In this document: one piece after another, positions 26,819-40,300 of the stretch | Layout of the letters: each line of letters opens with the position of its first letter | Position numbering within the stretch: position 1 is the first letter of the stretch | DNA from: Antedon mediterranea | Taxonomy: Eukaryota > Animalia > Echinodermata | DNA length: 64,000 bases | Reading direction: 5' to 3' | Assembly (NCBI RefSeq): GCF_964355755.1 | Contig: NC_092671.1 | Span: 2,294,001 to 2,358,000, forward strand | Program-made: the position numbers and the translations under genes | The notes under the pieces: model-generated | Told to the model about the DNA's origin: nothing | Databases searched by the model: none | The model's input: the letters and a program-made list of their open reading frames with translations, nothing else

Positions 26819-29800
26819 ATGGCTCAAGCAGAAGCAAATGGTCAAAGTTCACCATCAGATCTTGAAAAGAAGATAATTCGACAAATTGAGGTGAGTTGTT
26901 TAATTAATTCTAACTTATTTTAAAGAAAAGCTTACAGTATTGTCCCCCTGAAATATTATTTTTTACAATTTTTATTTGAATATGCCATTTAAAAAAAAGG
27001 ACTTAAATTGTCCGTCAGACAATGAATGAGTTTTTTGTTAAAATAAACAGTTTATTTTGTCGTCAATTTATAAGTGAAATAATTTTTTTTTCTATAGAAT
27101 AGAAGTGAATAACTTTATTAATACTGCAAAATGGCCTATTAAAAGTCGGATTTTGTTAATTTTTCATGTTTTTGGGACAATACATCTTTAAACTTATAAA
27201 TAAATTTTGTGTTGCTAATGTGTTGCCTTTTTTCTTAAAATAATAATTTTATTGTTTGTTTCAGTATTATTTTGGAGATGCAAATTTGAAGAGAGATAAA
27301 TTCTTACAGCAAGAAATCAAATCAGACGATGGTTGTATCCTTTAAACATAAAAAAAAAGACATTCCGATCATGTGTAAAATTCAAATTGATTTAACATAG
27401 AATAAGATATAAAACAGGAGAATATCTTTATTTAAATTGGATTTTAAAAGTTGCCAGGTTAAGATGTACACATTTCTGGAATACCCTTGGGCACATTATA
27501 AATGTATATAATGAGTTATATTAGTAGACTATGTCTAATTCCAATTTAACGTATTGTTGCATTATGTTCCTTACATCCATTTATCTAGGGGTTTCTCTTG
27601 AAACAATGGTAAAGTTTAACAGGTTAAAGCAGCTCTCGGAAGACTTTGAGGTCTTGGTCACAGCACTTGCAAAATCAAAAAGTGGCTTGATTGAGGTATA
27701 TGCATTATAAATCATCATCTCATCATCTGTTATGTTAATAATACACATATGCACACAGTTTTTTGCAAACATACAAAACCAAATATGCATGTATGTCAAA
27801 ATGTATCCTTTTTCACACAGACTTATAATAGGTATACTTACTCCATGGCCTGATGACAGACTCCAGTGATGGACGTATATTCCGTCCTATATCCTTATAT
27901 TCTTTTATCTTTATTTCTTCAATGCTGGAGTCTGTATCCGTTTGTAGCAGATCCACATATGTTATTGCTTGTTTCCTATTCGTCTGCTGCTGTATATATC
28001 GTACATATTAGACTTTTAGAGGTTTCCAGTTCAGATAAACATAACTTTATGTGAAACAAAACACTTATAATTTTACAGATAAGCGAAGACAAATTGAAAA
28101 TTCGCAGATCAGAAAACAAACCAATTCCAGGAGATACAGAAGAAAACAGAAAAGACGTCAAGGCTAGAAGTGTTTATTGTGTAAGCTATTTATACATTAT
28201 ACTTTTTAAATGATTTTATTATTTACTTGATGTACTCTAAGTTATAAACTGTTTATTTACTTTTATTTGTTTATAGAAAGGATTTTCGTTGGAATCTACT
28301 CTTGACGACGTCCAAGATATTATTGAAAAGTTTGGCCCAATTGCCCACATCCAAATGCGAAAAGACGCTGACAAAAAATTCAAGGTAAAACAAACTATCC
28401 ACAATATCAGTGGGCACAATTTAATTGTATAGAGTTGAACCCATCCTTGAGACACATTTTAAGTCCTAGTGAAGTTCCATTAATATGGGTTCTACTGTAC
28501 AACCAACCCCCCTAAGGGGACACCAAATGTCCTCTTAATAGGAGTGTCATCTAAGTAGGGTTTAGCCGTAGTTTTATTTTCACTCATTTCACAATTCTAT
28601 TTTTATTAAAATTTTATTTATCAAAATAAGAAATAATTGATTTAGTTTGTCATAATTGCATAGTATTATTTTAATATATATATTGTTTTATTTTTAACAA
28701 ATGAAAGAATATGTTAACTTTATCTTTTTTATCTTAAGGGTTCGGTGTTTGCAGTGTTTATGAACGCAGAAGATGCTGAAAAGTTTTTAGCAGAGGAGAA
28801 TTTTAAAATCGGAGAAGAAGGTGCCTTGAAAATGTCAAAGTAGGTGAAGACAAATAATAATTATACACAATTTTCTACATTTTTTAAACGTTTCACAACA
28901 TTGAATTTTTTTTGTTTCTTTTGTTAGAGATGCTTATTTTGTTATGAAAGCAGAAGAAAAGAAAAAGGAGAAAGAAGATGAAAAAGAAAGAAAAGTACAG
29001 TAAGTGTCATTTGAAAATAGTACAAAAATAAATAACAGTTTAAATATAAAAAAAAATTAATTCACATAACTATACAAAATAAATCAAATTTAAAATAGAT
29101 AAAACTTAAAAAAAAACAAGTTTGTGAAATTAGTAATCAGTGCGGATTCTGGATGTCAGGGAAAGGGTTTCAGGTTACCCATCCCAGCACCACTTACCTC
29201 TGTTTTCAGTGTTCAAAAGGGTAGAGGATTTAAGGGAAATAATGATAAAAACATTTATTTTTATTCATGTTTTTGACGGACAAGAAATAAATCTGATTTA
29301 TATTTATATAGAGAGGCAATGCAAAAAGAAAAGGAAGAAAAATTAGCAGCAGACAAGGTAAAGCATGGATAAGTTGGTGTAATAAAAACCAAACAACAAA
29401 ACACGCATTCTTATTTACCCGTTCCAGTATTATTTAACAAAAAAGCAAGAAAAGTATAATGCTTGTTGAAGCTTGTTTAGTTTCAACCATTGTATATTTA
29501 ATTCCCTTTTTTTAAAAACCCTTTCACTGCAGTATTTATTTAGTACACCATAAGAGAAGTTGTTTTTTAATCAAGAGTTATTTTATTTAAAGAGTTGTTT
29601 ATATTTAAAGTGTTTTATTAAATGTAAGTTTAAGTAAAAAGTATTTATGTAGTAAAAGAGAAATTGTTTTTTATTTTTAAGAGTTGTTTATATTTAATGT
29701 TTTAATAAAAGTAAGTTTAAGTAATAATGAAGTAGTGGCATCATTTTTTAATTTGTTTTCGTAATAAAATGCTGAAATCCTTTTCTGTAGGCAGCATTTG

Positions 29801-31318
29801 AGGACTTCACAGAAGGGTGTATCCTGCATTTCAGTGGCACGTCGGATCAGACATCCAGGGAAGATCTTAAGGAAGTGTTCGGAGAACATGGCACGGTGAA
29901 CTGGGTCGATTTTGTTAGGGGTCAAACAGAGGTCAGTTATCTTTTGACATGTCAAATCTTTTAGATAATATTCAATAACCTTATATTTTGGATCCTTTAT
30001 ATATTTATATACTTTAAATATTTTCTAATAGAATTGTTGTAACATTCTCTTGGACATATTGTATTATTTAATATATTTCTATTGTTTTAATTCTTTAACA
30101 TTTTATATGTTTAATAATAGTTTAAAAAAAAAATATTTTCTCTATAAATATTTTGCAGAAGAATAATTATTGTCTTCATTTTACAGATTTACAAATATGT
30201 AGCTATCTATTAATAGGACAACTAACCAAAGGCAAAGCATTGTACATTGTACATTGTATTTAAATTGTTCTGTGAAATGTTATCAATAAATTGTGTTCAT
30301 TTGTAGGGGACTATACGATTTGATGACGATGTCAAAGCTGTAGAGGTGATTGAAAAGGTTAAAGCAGCTAACGATGGTAAAATACAAGTTCGGGGTCAAG
30401 ACATTGCTGTGCGTGTTCTTGAAGGCGAAGAAGAGAAGAAACACTGGGTCAAAGTGTTCGAAGACAAAACGGCTAGCAGGCTACGTATGCAGGCTGGTAA
30501 GAATTTGCTATTTTTATGAGGGCGCTTTGCTACGAGAAAGGAGATTGCCAATAGTGAATTTTGTCCCTGATATACAGTTAAAAGACCTATACAAATATAC
30601 TTTCAACTCTCCCAATACCAAACACATTTAGGCTGGCCTAATATGTCTGGTTTTCTGGAAAGTCTGATATGGAAAATGTGTTTTTAATGGTAAAAAAAAT
30701 GTGGAACTTTTGGACCTCAAGAAAGTTTGTTTTGGGAGTTTTTCCGGTTTTCGGAGAGTTCGGTATTGGGAGAGTTGACTGTATGTTTTGTCTACATACA
30801 GTAGACAAAGTTTTTATGCAAAAGTATTTTACTTCTCATACAGGACGTAAAGGAAAGAGAGGAAGGTTTAGTGGTAGACGCGACAAACGTGGCTATGATG
30901 AGCCCAGAGGAAAGAAAACTAAGTTTTCTGACAGTGATAATGAAGGTTGGTTTGAAATAGTTGTATTTTTGCTGAAAATTTGTAAATATCCATATAAGGA
31001 AATGCTAAGAATGTTTTGGTGATTAAACATGGTAATTGGTACTGTTATCTTTTTGACAGATGGTGCAGAAACTAAACAAACTGAGAAAAAAGAAGTCAAA
31101 GTTGAAGATAAAGGAGGTTAGTCAAAATAATGAGAACAATTATATCATAATGCACAGTTCTCAACAACTTTATGCACTAAAGAATTAATGTCTCTTCCCT
31201 AATTACTATTATTACGTTACTTAAATTGTATTCAGATGCTGATGCAGGAACTAAAAAACGTCCACTGGAAGCAGATACACCTTCAGAGAATCCTCCCAAA
31301 CAGTTAAAAGCAGAATGA
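26819..31318 (+). CDS. SSB: Lupus La protein (La motif + RRM1 + xRRM + basic C-terminal tail), 13 coding exons
   Basis: Exons start at about 26819, 27265, 27589, 28079, 28277, 28739, 28927, 29312, 29791, 30307, 30844, 31060 and 31235. Translation includes [83 protein letters not shown]; TGA at 31316-31318. Confidence 0.96.
27335..27588 (+). other. U12-type (minor spliceosome) GT-AG intron in SSB
   Basis: 5' splice site GTATCCTTT (U12 consensus); TTCCTTAC branch-point-like motif ~14-22 nt upstream of the AG. Splicing restores the conserved Trp of the La motif (GGT T|GG GTT). Confidence 0.85.
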
Positions 31319-32139
31319 GATATTTTAACAAAGAACTGTTTGAACCAAAGAGGAGTAGATGAGAACAATATTCAAGCTGGTACAAATAGACCAATCACAG
31401 CTGAAAACAGTAATCACATGACTGTAAACACTCCTCATATAAAGCTGTGTATATTTGGTAGTAGAGTTTTGTATCTCGTGCGGAATTTTCAGTTTTCTAA
31501 ACTATGAACATTTTTGTACACATTACTTTTGAAGGAATTGTATATTCACTTTATTTATGCATTAAAAAAAAAACCATAATTAATATTTTGTTCTAATTTC
31601 AAAGTTCTTACGGTAGGACAACCACTTTATTTTAAAGAAACTGTAAAGTTAGAAAATAATATCAGGAAAATAAACTTTTTACTTTTTAAAATTAAAATTT
31701 TATAGTATGAAAGTTTTACATATTATGGATTAGATGTTTGTTTTAATGATTTTAAATTATTTTTAACCTTGGAGCCCAAGTTGTGTTGTCTGTTTCCATG
31801 ACTACAATATGAAATCAGTGACTAGTTGCAGTATTTTACAGTATGTGGCATACATTATTAGGAGGATAAACTAAAAAGTTTGTGATACATTTGAAAAATA
31901 AAATTCCTGTACAGACAATTTTGTTGATTTTATTTAGTTGGTTTAGTTTGAAATGTGGATGACATGATTACACAGTGTGGGAAGAAGAAAACATAAATCT
32001 GACAATGATTTTGCAGTCGGTTTTCAAAATGACAAATTTTTAAGATAAAAAGAACTGGTTTGATCAATCTAAAGTTAATTCAAGTGCCTTTTAAACTATT
32101 TTATAATTTATCATGCTTATAAACCAAGTCTTAGAGAGT

Positions 32140-32218
32140 GGAGTTGAAAGAGTTGTGAGTTACAACCTTGGGATTGGAAGGCAAGCCTGTTAACCACCAA
32201 GCTACAGCTCCACTACAA
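32140..32218 (-). mobile_element. tRNA-derived SINE head remnant
   Basis: Minus strand gtagtggagctgtagcttggtggttaacaggcttgccttccaatcccaaggttg: A-box-like TAGCTTGGTGG and an anticodon-arm-like segment, but no intact T-arm. Confidence 0.45.
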
Positions 32219-32929
32219 TCCTTCAATCAAATGACAAGAATCTAATCAGGTGTGTTATAATGCAAAATGATTAAAATACAATGCTAGTGGCTCATAATAA
32301 TTTAATATGAGTGCTAAAATGGGACATACTATTTCAAAATTCAACAAAATAATAGTAAGAGTATTATATTTTTATACTTGTTTTCTCAACAGAAAAACAA
32401 ATATTTATTCCTTTGATATATTCACAGTTACAATACATTGGTTTATCTTGAATATTTTTTAACCTATATATTTTAATTCACATGCTTTCTTTCTAATATA
32501 CATCACTACATTATAACAATACAGTACACAACATTTTTCAACCTTTTGTTATTAAATTGTATGCCCATTGTACAGATGCAACATTGAGTACATTACAACT
32601 ACAGATGGAAATAGCTAGAACATTTTGTATCCGACTCACAGCTTATAAAGTAATTGCATATTGCACATGATTAGTGTATAAAATCTATTTTTAGATCACA
32701 ATATTTGAATACTATAAGAACGGTAAGAATGGTAAATCTACCATTATGGTGTTTTTATTACAAATGTAACGGGGAGCTGAGTCTCACATTTTACAATTAT
32801 TATGCGACAATAAAGTATGTCTATTATGTCTGAGGTTGTGTTTACGAAATGTTTAAGCACACTCGGAACATGTAAGGGCAGCAGAGAACCAGAACATGAA
32901 GGAGACCAGGGAACTGTAAGAGCACCGGA

Positions 32930-33123
32930 ACATTTAATGGCACAAGAGAACCAGAACATTTAAGGGCACCTTTCATGAACTAACCGCCGCAGGACTTTAA
33001 TGGCACAAGAGAACCAGAACATGTAAGGGCACCTTTCATGAACTAACCGCCGCAGGACATTTAATGGCACAAGAGAACCAGAACATTTAAGGGCACCTTT
33101 CATGAACTAACCGCCGCAGGACA
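32930..33123. repeat. ~64-bp tandem repeat x3 between the convergent SSB and PTPN23 3' ends
   Basis: aatggcacaagagaaccagaacatttaagggcacctttcatgaactaaccgccgcaggac repeated three times, with degenerate subunits upstream. Confidence 0.9.
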
Positions 33124-34339
33124 ACATCGCATGATTTGCATATCATTCTCATAAAATCCATTGTTTATATCTAAAAAAGGTATCAAAGAACTGGTGTGTA
33201 TCCTCCAAATGTGTTGGTTCAAATCCCTGGTCTCCAAATCCCGCCATTAACAACTTGTTAAGGATTGATTATTAACTGTTAACCAGTTACCATGGGGTGT
33301 CCTCGGTTCAACACACCCTAACAATTTACGCTGATTTCCCTCACAGATTATGCCTTACATTTCAAGCTTTTCACAGTTGAAATTTTATGGATTTTACAAA
33401 TTAAAAATCTCCTGAAATTATTGTAAGAACAAAATAAACTAAATAAAACTAACAAACAAAATAACTAAAAAAATTTATAAAACTTGGTGAGTGGTGTTCG
33501 GCTTAAATATTCTAATTATGTAAACTGTATATTATTTTACCAGGATTCAATATTTTTATACCAATATAATTTATTAATTTTAATAAGTAATTCTATATTG
33601 CAAAGAAAAAATGCTGAGTAATAAAATATAAACTCTACTTATTACAATTATATAAAAAAAATATATATACACCCACCATTAATTGGTAAACATATCATTA
33701 TTTGAAAGTTTGGAACCAGAAAATCAACCAAAACCTGAATTTTCTTACAGCCATTTCGAAAATCATTTTTTTGGGGAGAATTTGTAATCTCTGTACTGTA
33801 ATATATCGCCACATATATGATTATCACTACAGTGATTCATCATTACAGTGTAACATGTGACTTATGTAAGATTAGCTCCGCTTATGGATAATATAGGCAT
33901 CACATGTGATAAATATGTAACACTGTATTAAAGCGTTTGCCTATGATACTGGACAAATTATACATAGAGTGCAGAGAATCCTGCGAAAATCAGCTAATTT
34001 TGATAAATGAATTTTCTACATACAAATATTATGTGATTTTAGGCATATTTCTCAGTCGTTTGCATTAAATATTGAATGTACATAATTTGGAAGATCTACA
34101 TTAGTAAACCTGAACGTTCCATAGATGGCACTATACCAAATACGAGATCTAATGGTAACAAGTCCAAGTCACAGAGACTCACTCATGATTAAGCTGCGTC
34201 GTTGACCAGCGAAAGCTAGAGTAAAAAACGTAAGTTTTACGAATTTTTTTTTACTTTGGATCATCCAAAAGAAAAATTACTTGAATAAGATCTACATTGC
34301 GACATACAGTATATACACATACTACATAAAATGGTAATG

Positions 34340-37300
34340 TTAGCTGCTATCTGATTTAGTTGAAGGTTTACCCTTCATAGTCCACATGGGGTCAAGCAGA
34401 CTGAGGGGGTCATCCGTCTCGACCTCATGACCTAGTTTAGACTGTTGATTAAAAAAGTCTGCTTTGCTGATCTTTTGCTTTGTGTTTTCATTCTTAAGAC
34501 TAAAGTTTTGAGGGTTGAGATCCGTAAGAAGGTTGTTGTGGTTGTTCCCGTTACTTGCTTCATCTACTTCTTGCGTTGCATTATTATCATCAGATTCACC
34601 GGGCACAAAGTTCACCATGCTTACGCCGAAATCTTCCAGATTTCTTTCTTGTAACGTATTTAAGGTTGAAGGTTTCGCTTCCACGCGTACCGTCGTCTTA
34701 TCGCTGCCATTAGAATCCACAAATACAGCGCTCTCTACTGATACAGGCTGTATGGCAGTCAAGGTTTCACTCGGCTTTACAGAATCTTCTAATTGTTTAC
34801 TATTTTGTTGGGAAAGTAAATCTTGATCGGGCAAGTTTGTCCCTGTTACACCATTACTGATGATTTGATTTTCTGTTTGTGAAGACTCAGTTGATTGACA
34901 GGTGGGTGTGGCTTGTGTTGCTATGCTACTAGATGACATAAAGTTCATTTGAGATATCTTACTTTGTAAATTGTCAATAGAGTCAACACCAAGAATCGGG
35001 TCAAAGGAAGTGAATCGCTGTGGTGGTTTCTTTTTATCGGAGGTCGTTGGTATTATTGGATGCAAATAAATTCCTCCTAAATTGAAGAGTTAGATATAAG
35101 AATTCAGTAAAAAGTGAAATGTTAAAATAAGAATCAAGTTTAAATAAAAAACATCAACAAACATTCAAGAGTTAAATAAAAAAAATATAGGAGTACTGAT
35201 AACTAAAAAAAATAAAATGAAATAAACGTGTATAAAAAAAGTTAAGAAAGAACTGAAATAATCAAAGAAAGAAATAATGAGGGAAAAAATATTACACAAA
35301 TTATAAAACAAACTCACAAGAAAACAAATTATCTATACACATTTCAAAACAAATCATAAAAAAATGATTCTAATTTTAGATAGGTGATATATTACATGAA
35401 ATCTCTATGAGATGGCCAATTTAAATTCTAATTTTAGATAGGTGATATATTACATGAAATCTCTATGAGATGGCCAATTTAAATTCTAATTTTAGATAGG
35501 TGATATATTACATGAAATCTCTATGAGATGGCCAATTTAAATTCCAATTTTAGATAGGTGATATATTACATGAAATCTTTATGAGATGGCCAATTTAAAT
35601 TCCAATTTTAGATAGGTGATATATTACATGAAATCTCTATGAGATGGCCAATTTAAATTCCAATTTTAGATAGGTGATATATTACATGAAATCTCTATGA
35701 GATGGCCAATTTAAATTCTAATTTTAGATAGGTGATATATTACATGAAATCTCTATGAGATGGCCAATTTAAATTCTAATTTTAGATAGGTGATATATTA
35801 CATGAAATCTCTATGAGATGGCCAATTTAAATTCTAATTTTAGATAGGTGATATATTACATGGAATCTCTATGAGATGGCCAATTTAAATTCTAATTTTA
35901 GATAGGTGATATATTACATGAAATCTCTATGAGATGGCCAATTTAAATTTTGTTTTAATTGATTTCCCTTTTGATTCTATTTATTTATTTATTTTTAAAA
36001 TATTTAATTGTTGTATGTTAATGATTGTATATTTGTGAGGGTCCCTAATAAACTTCGAATGGATGGACAACCCTCGTACAATATTGTTGAAATAAATAAA
36101 TATTGGATTTGAACCAAGTTTCCTGGTATTATGTGAAAGTACATTTGCATACGCGTGACCCTCTTTAAAAAGTCAAATTTACTTACTCTTGGTTAAAATC
36201 TGCTCAGCGTAGCAAAGGATTGTTCCAAAACAAAATGACAATTGTTCCTGAAATGAAGATCCCCATAAAATATTTAATACAGAATTCCGCGTACACCAAT
36301 GAAACTTTTATTTATTTGTATAAAATAATTTCAAAACGGAAAATACAATTCTCCTCACCTTCTCTAGCACCATCCATTTTCGTTGTTGTCTTTGTTTCTT
36401 AACAACCTGTGGAACATCTATGATGCCTGAACCAGCTAAGATCTCCTGAACACCAGCTAAAATGGTGCAAAATGTACCTGTCCTACCAACCCCACCACTG
36501 AAAAAAACACACAGGTACACAGTTAGAAACCAAATAGAGTTCCCATTTCTGTATTCTTGAATAGAGGTGTTCCAGATTATAGTTTTAATGTAATTCTAAC
36601 TTACTTGCAATGTACTACGATGGGTAGTGATGTATTTCGCTGTTGCCGCTGGTAATTTAACACTTCTCCAACAAACTGTAATACTGAGCTGGAATTTGTG
36701 GGTACTCCACTAAAATTAAAAGAGTAAAATAGTCACTAGACATCAATACAATAGTCTCTACGGTGGTCAGTTATACAAATATTTGCTATTACACGCATTC
36801 ACTCATTCATACACATATATAGGCAGATGATAGTGCATCTATAACCGGGCATGACAACCTCACCAACTCAAGTCACCCCTTTGTAAAAATAAATACATTT
36901 TTAAAAATAACAAAATAAACAGAATAAAAATAATAAAATAAAACTAGAAATAAATCAAAAGTAAACCCATGAAGATTGCCACCACACTGTTCCGTCAACA
37001 ATGGTGATTGTGGGAACACAAAATGATGATGATAGGGTATGAAAAGACTTACAATTCTGGCCAAGCAGTAAACTGCAGGTGAGCAAACGTCTTCATTTGT
37101 CGTGTTTCTCGGTGACTTATTGTCATTAATCTTTCTACGTGGTAGTCAGTCGTCTTGGTTGCTTGCAAGGTCACGGAAATCGGCCCGTGCCTCATAATTT
37201 GACCTCGCTGCTCAGGCCAGTACGTTATGAAATCAGATTTACCCTGAAGAAAAAATAAGAATTTGTTTTTTAAGATTATAGACTTATAACATTTCTATTT

Positions 37301-40300
37301 TTAGATAATGAAATAGGAAATAAAAATGAACATAAATTAGCATAACTTACCTTTCCAGGTGGCTTTGATATCAACATAGCAATAACAGAAACCTGGTTTT
37401 CATAGATCATTGTCCAGAAGTCCAGGATGGTCATACTGGTTGGTGATTGAGTTGCTATTATTGTTGGACATGATGGCGTGAGATCATCCAGGTAGCTCGC
37501 ATTAATGTAATCGTCTTTCAATCCTTTTAATATGACTCGGTTATGGTCATCTAAAATTTAAACATGATTACAAAAACAGAATAGATTGAATTTAAAAATT
37601 CAACATAATAAAGCATAATGAATTATTAATTAAAGCAAATATTTAAAAAGTTCTCTGACTGCAAAAAGAAGAATCATCAACTACACATGCAGCTGGTGGA
37701 CAGACAGACCAACTTACATGGCATGAAATCAGGATAACGGTTTTTCAAGGAATAGCATCGAGCGATAGATATTGAATATTGTCTCGTATCCCTATCTTGG
37801 CTTTCAACCAATTCCTGCAAAAAGAAATTCACAATTAAATTTATAACAATTTTCCAAAATAAAAAAAAACCATTGTAAAATCAAAACAGTAAATCCTCCA
37901 ACATCATACTGGCATTTTTTTTATACATTTTATTACTGTACTAATAATTCAGTTTATTTAATGCTGAAGTTGACTATTTTTACACAGTTTCGTTTTTATA
38001 GCCATGTAATAGAGTTACAAAAACAACTTACCCTCCAAAGACTGTCAATAACTGTTGGTCCACTTAAAGTCTGCTTGTTGAGTCCCTCAACATATTTCTC
38101 CAACTTTTCTACTTCCTCTACGAACCTATCCAAGTTCTCTTTATCATCATAAGGATCGGTACTTGGCATTTTCACAATTCTTAGTGGTCGTTCTTCTGGC
38201 ACTGACTTAGGTTCTTGCTTCTTTGGAAGGAGGACGTTTTCCAGAGATTTTTGTTGGTTGTCATCGGGGCTTGTAGATAAGAGATCTGGTTGTTTCAATC
38301 CAGTGGCTTTGGTCGGTTGTAGTGGTTGTTGAAGCTGCTGTTGCTCAAGTTGTTGAATGTTCTGTATTGAGTGAGGTTGCTTAGCTAGACTTTGTCTTGG
38401 TTGTGGGACAGGTTTCCCACTTTGTGAATTAGGAGGCATCTGCATTTGAGTTGGTTGTTGTTGAGTTTGGTATTGAGCACCTGGGTTTGGGCGTGTAGGC
38501 TGAGGTGGCTGAACCATGGGCTGTTGAGTTTGGTGTACGGGCAGTGATGACTGAGCCATGGGTTGGCCTGGTTGTGTGGCCTGTGTTGACTGAGCCATGG
38601 GTTGGCTTGGATGTGTGGCCTGAGGTGGCTGAGTCATGGGCTGTGGGGTTTGGTGTACAACTTGTGATGGCTGAGCTATGGATTGGCCTGGTTGTGTAGG
38701 TTGTTGGTTTTGGTAACTCGTCTGGGACGGGTGAGCCATAGGCTGCTGGCTTGTGTATCTACCTGGCATTGGCTGATTCCCAGGCTGTTGTAATGATGTC
38801 TGGGCGCTGTACTGTTGCAATGGTGGATTGGTCATGTGATTTTGAAATGACTGTTGACTTTTATGTTGCATTTGTTGAAAGTTTCCCTGGTTTGGTTGCA
38901 CAATATTTGTAGGTTGTTGATAAACGTGGGTAGATGTTGGAGGAACCTGTTGTTGGGGCATTGGGGGTTGAGAATACATTTGAGGCTGAGATGAAACTTG
39001 TTTGTAGCCTCCTACAGGGGTTTGGTTAGGCTGGTAGCTTTGCATATTTTGTTGTGTATATGGTTGGTGTGAATTCTGTGCTGGTGTTTGACTGATACTA
39101 CCAGGGATATTATATTGTGGTGCTCTAGGCCGATGTTGTGGGCTACCATGCGGTGAACCAACATTTTGATAATATTGTTGGCCAGGCTGGTTTGGCTGAG
39201 GAAAGGCTACGGTTGTTTGCCCAGGCGTTTGCTGTCGAGTTTGTGCTACTTGCTGTTGCATGTACTGAGCCTGGTATTGCACTGATTGTGATGGCTGTGA
39301 AGGCTGCTGGTACATGTTCTGCTGACTAAATTGATGCTGTTGATGCATTTGATATGGCACGTTAGGATTTTGCAGTTGAGCACTTTGAGAACTTGGGTGA
39401 TGCTGTAAGCTTGGATGCTGGTTATGGTTTAACATTTGTGCTTGAGACGTCATCGCCAGTTTAGGATTGTAAGCAGTGTTGTGCATTGGTTGATTGTATT
39501 GCCTTGTACTGTTTGGTGTTCTCATAGGCTGAGAAGATGGCGTAATCATTTGGTTATGGTGATAGTTTTGTTGAGAATATTGTGGCATAGATGCAGCTGG
39601 TTGTGAAACTGTTGCAACTTGTGGTGGCATGGATGCAGCTGGTTGTGGAACTGCTGCAACTTGTGGTGGCATAGATGCAGCTGGTTGTGGAACTGCTGCA
39701 ACTTGTGGTGGCATGGATGCAGCTGGTTGCGAAAATGTTGCAACCTGTGGTGGTATAGATGCAGCTGGTTGATATGCTGATGCAGCTGGTTGATATGCTG
39801 ATGTGTGTGGATGCATTGCTACACTATGAGGGGGAATGGATGTTGCTGCTTGAGGGACTGATGCAACTTGTTGTGGCCTTGATGCAGCTGGTGGTGGCAT
39901 GGATAAAACATGTTGAGGAATGGATGTAGATGGCTGATGCATCTGGTGTTGCTGCATAGGCACATGTTGTGTACTCCTAGGCACTGAATACATTGAGCTG
40001 GGTATTTGCTGCTGTGTTGAGGCATGAGGATGTTGTACAGGTACCGGTGGTCGATGCATTGGAGCTGGATGCATAGATGTTGGAGGTTGTCCAGCAGACA
40101 TAGGAACTTGCTGTTGTGAAGAAACAGGCATCTGATGCATCGAACCAGTCCTTGCAGGACTCGGAGGTGGTGCACTGGGCCCAGTGTTGTGACTCTGTGA
40201 TATAGGTGTTTGCTGAGGAGGCATCGACCCAGGTTGAGAGTGCGCCCTCTGGTTTGTTACACCCCCTTGAGAAGACATTGGCGGCATTCCTGTAAGAGCT

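Noticed and set aside
27851-28010. C/D or H/ACA snoRNA call for the SSB intron structure
   Set aside because: TGATGA is present but there is no downstream CTGA with a terminal stem, and no ANANNA H box between the hairpins; kept only as an unclassified element.
32140-32218. tRNA gene
   Set aside because: No intact T-loop/B box or acceptor stem; better explained as a SINE remnant.
35368-35948. CRISPR-like array (also 44108-44428, 56614-57252, 58264-59002)
   Set aside because: Contiguous tandem units without unique spacers, eukaryotic context, no cas genes.
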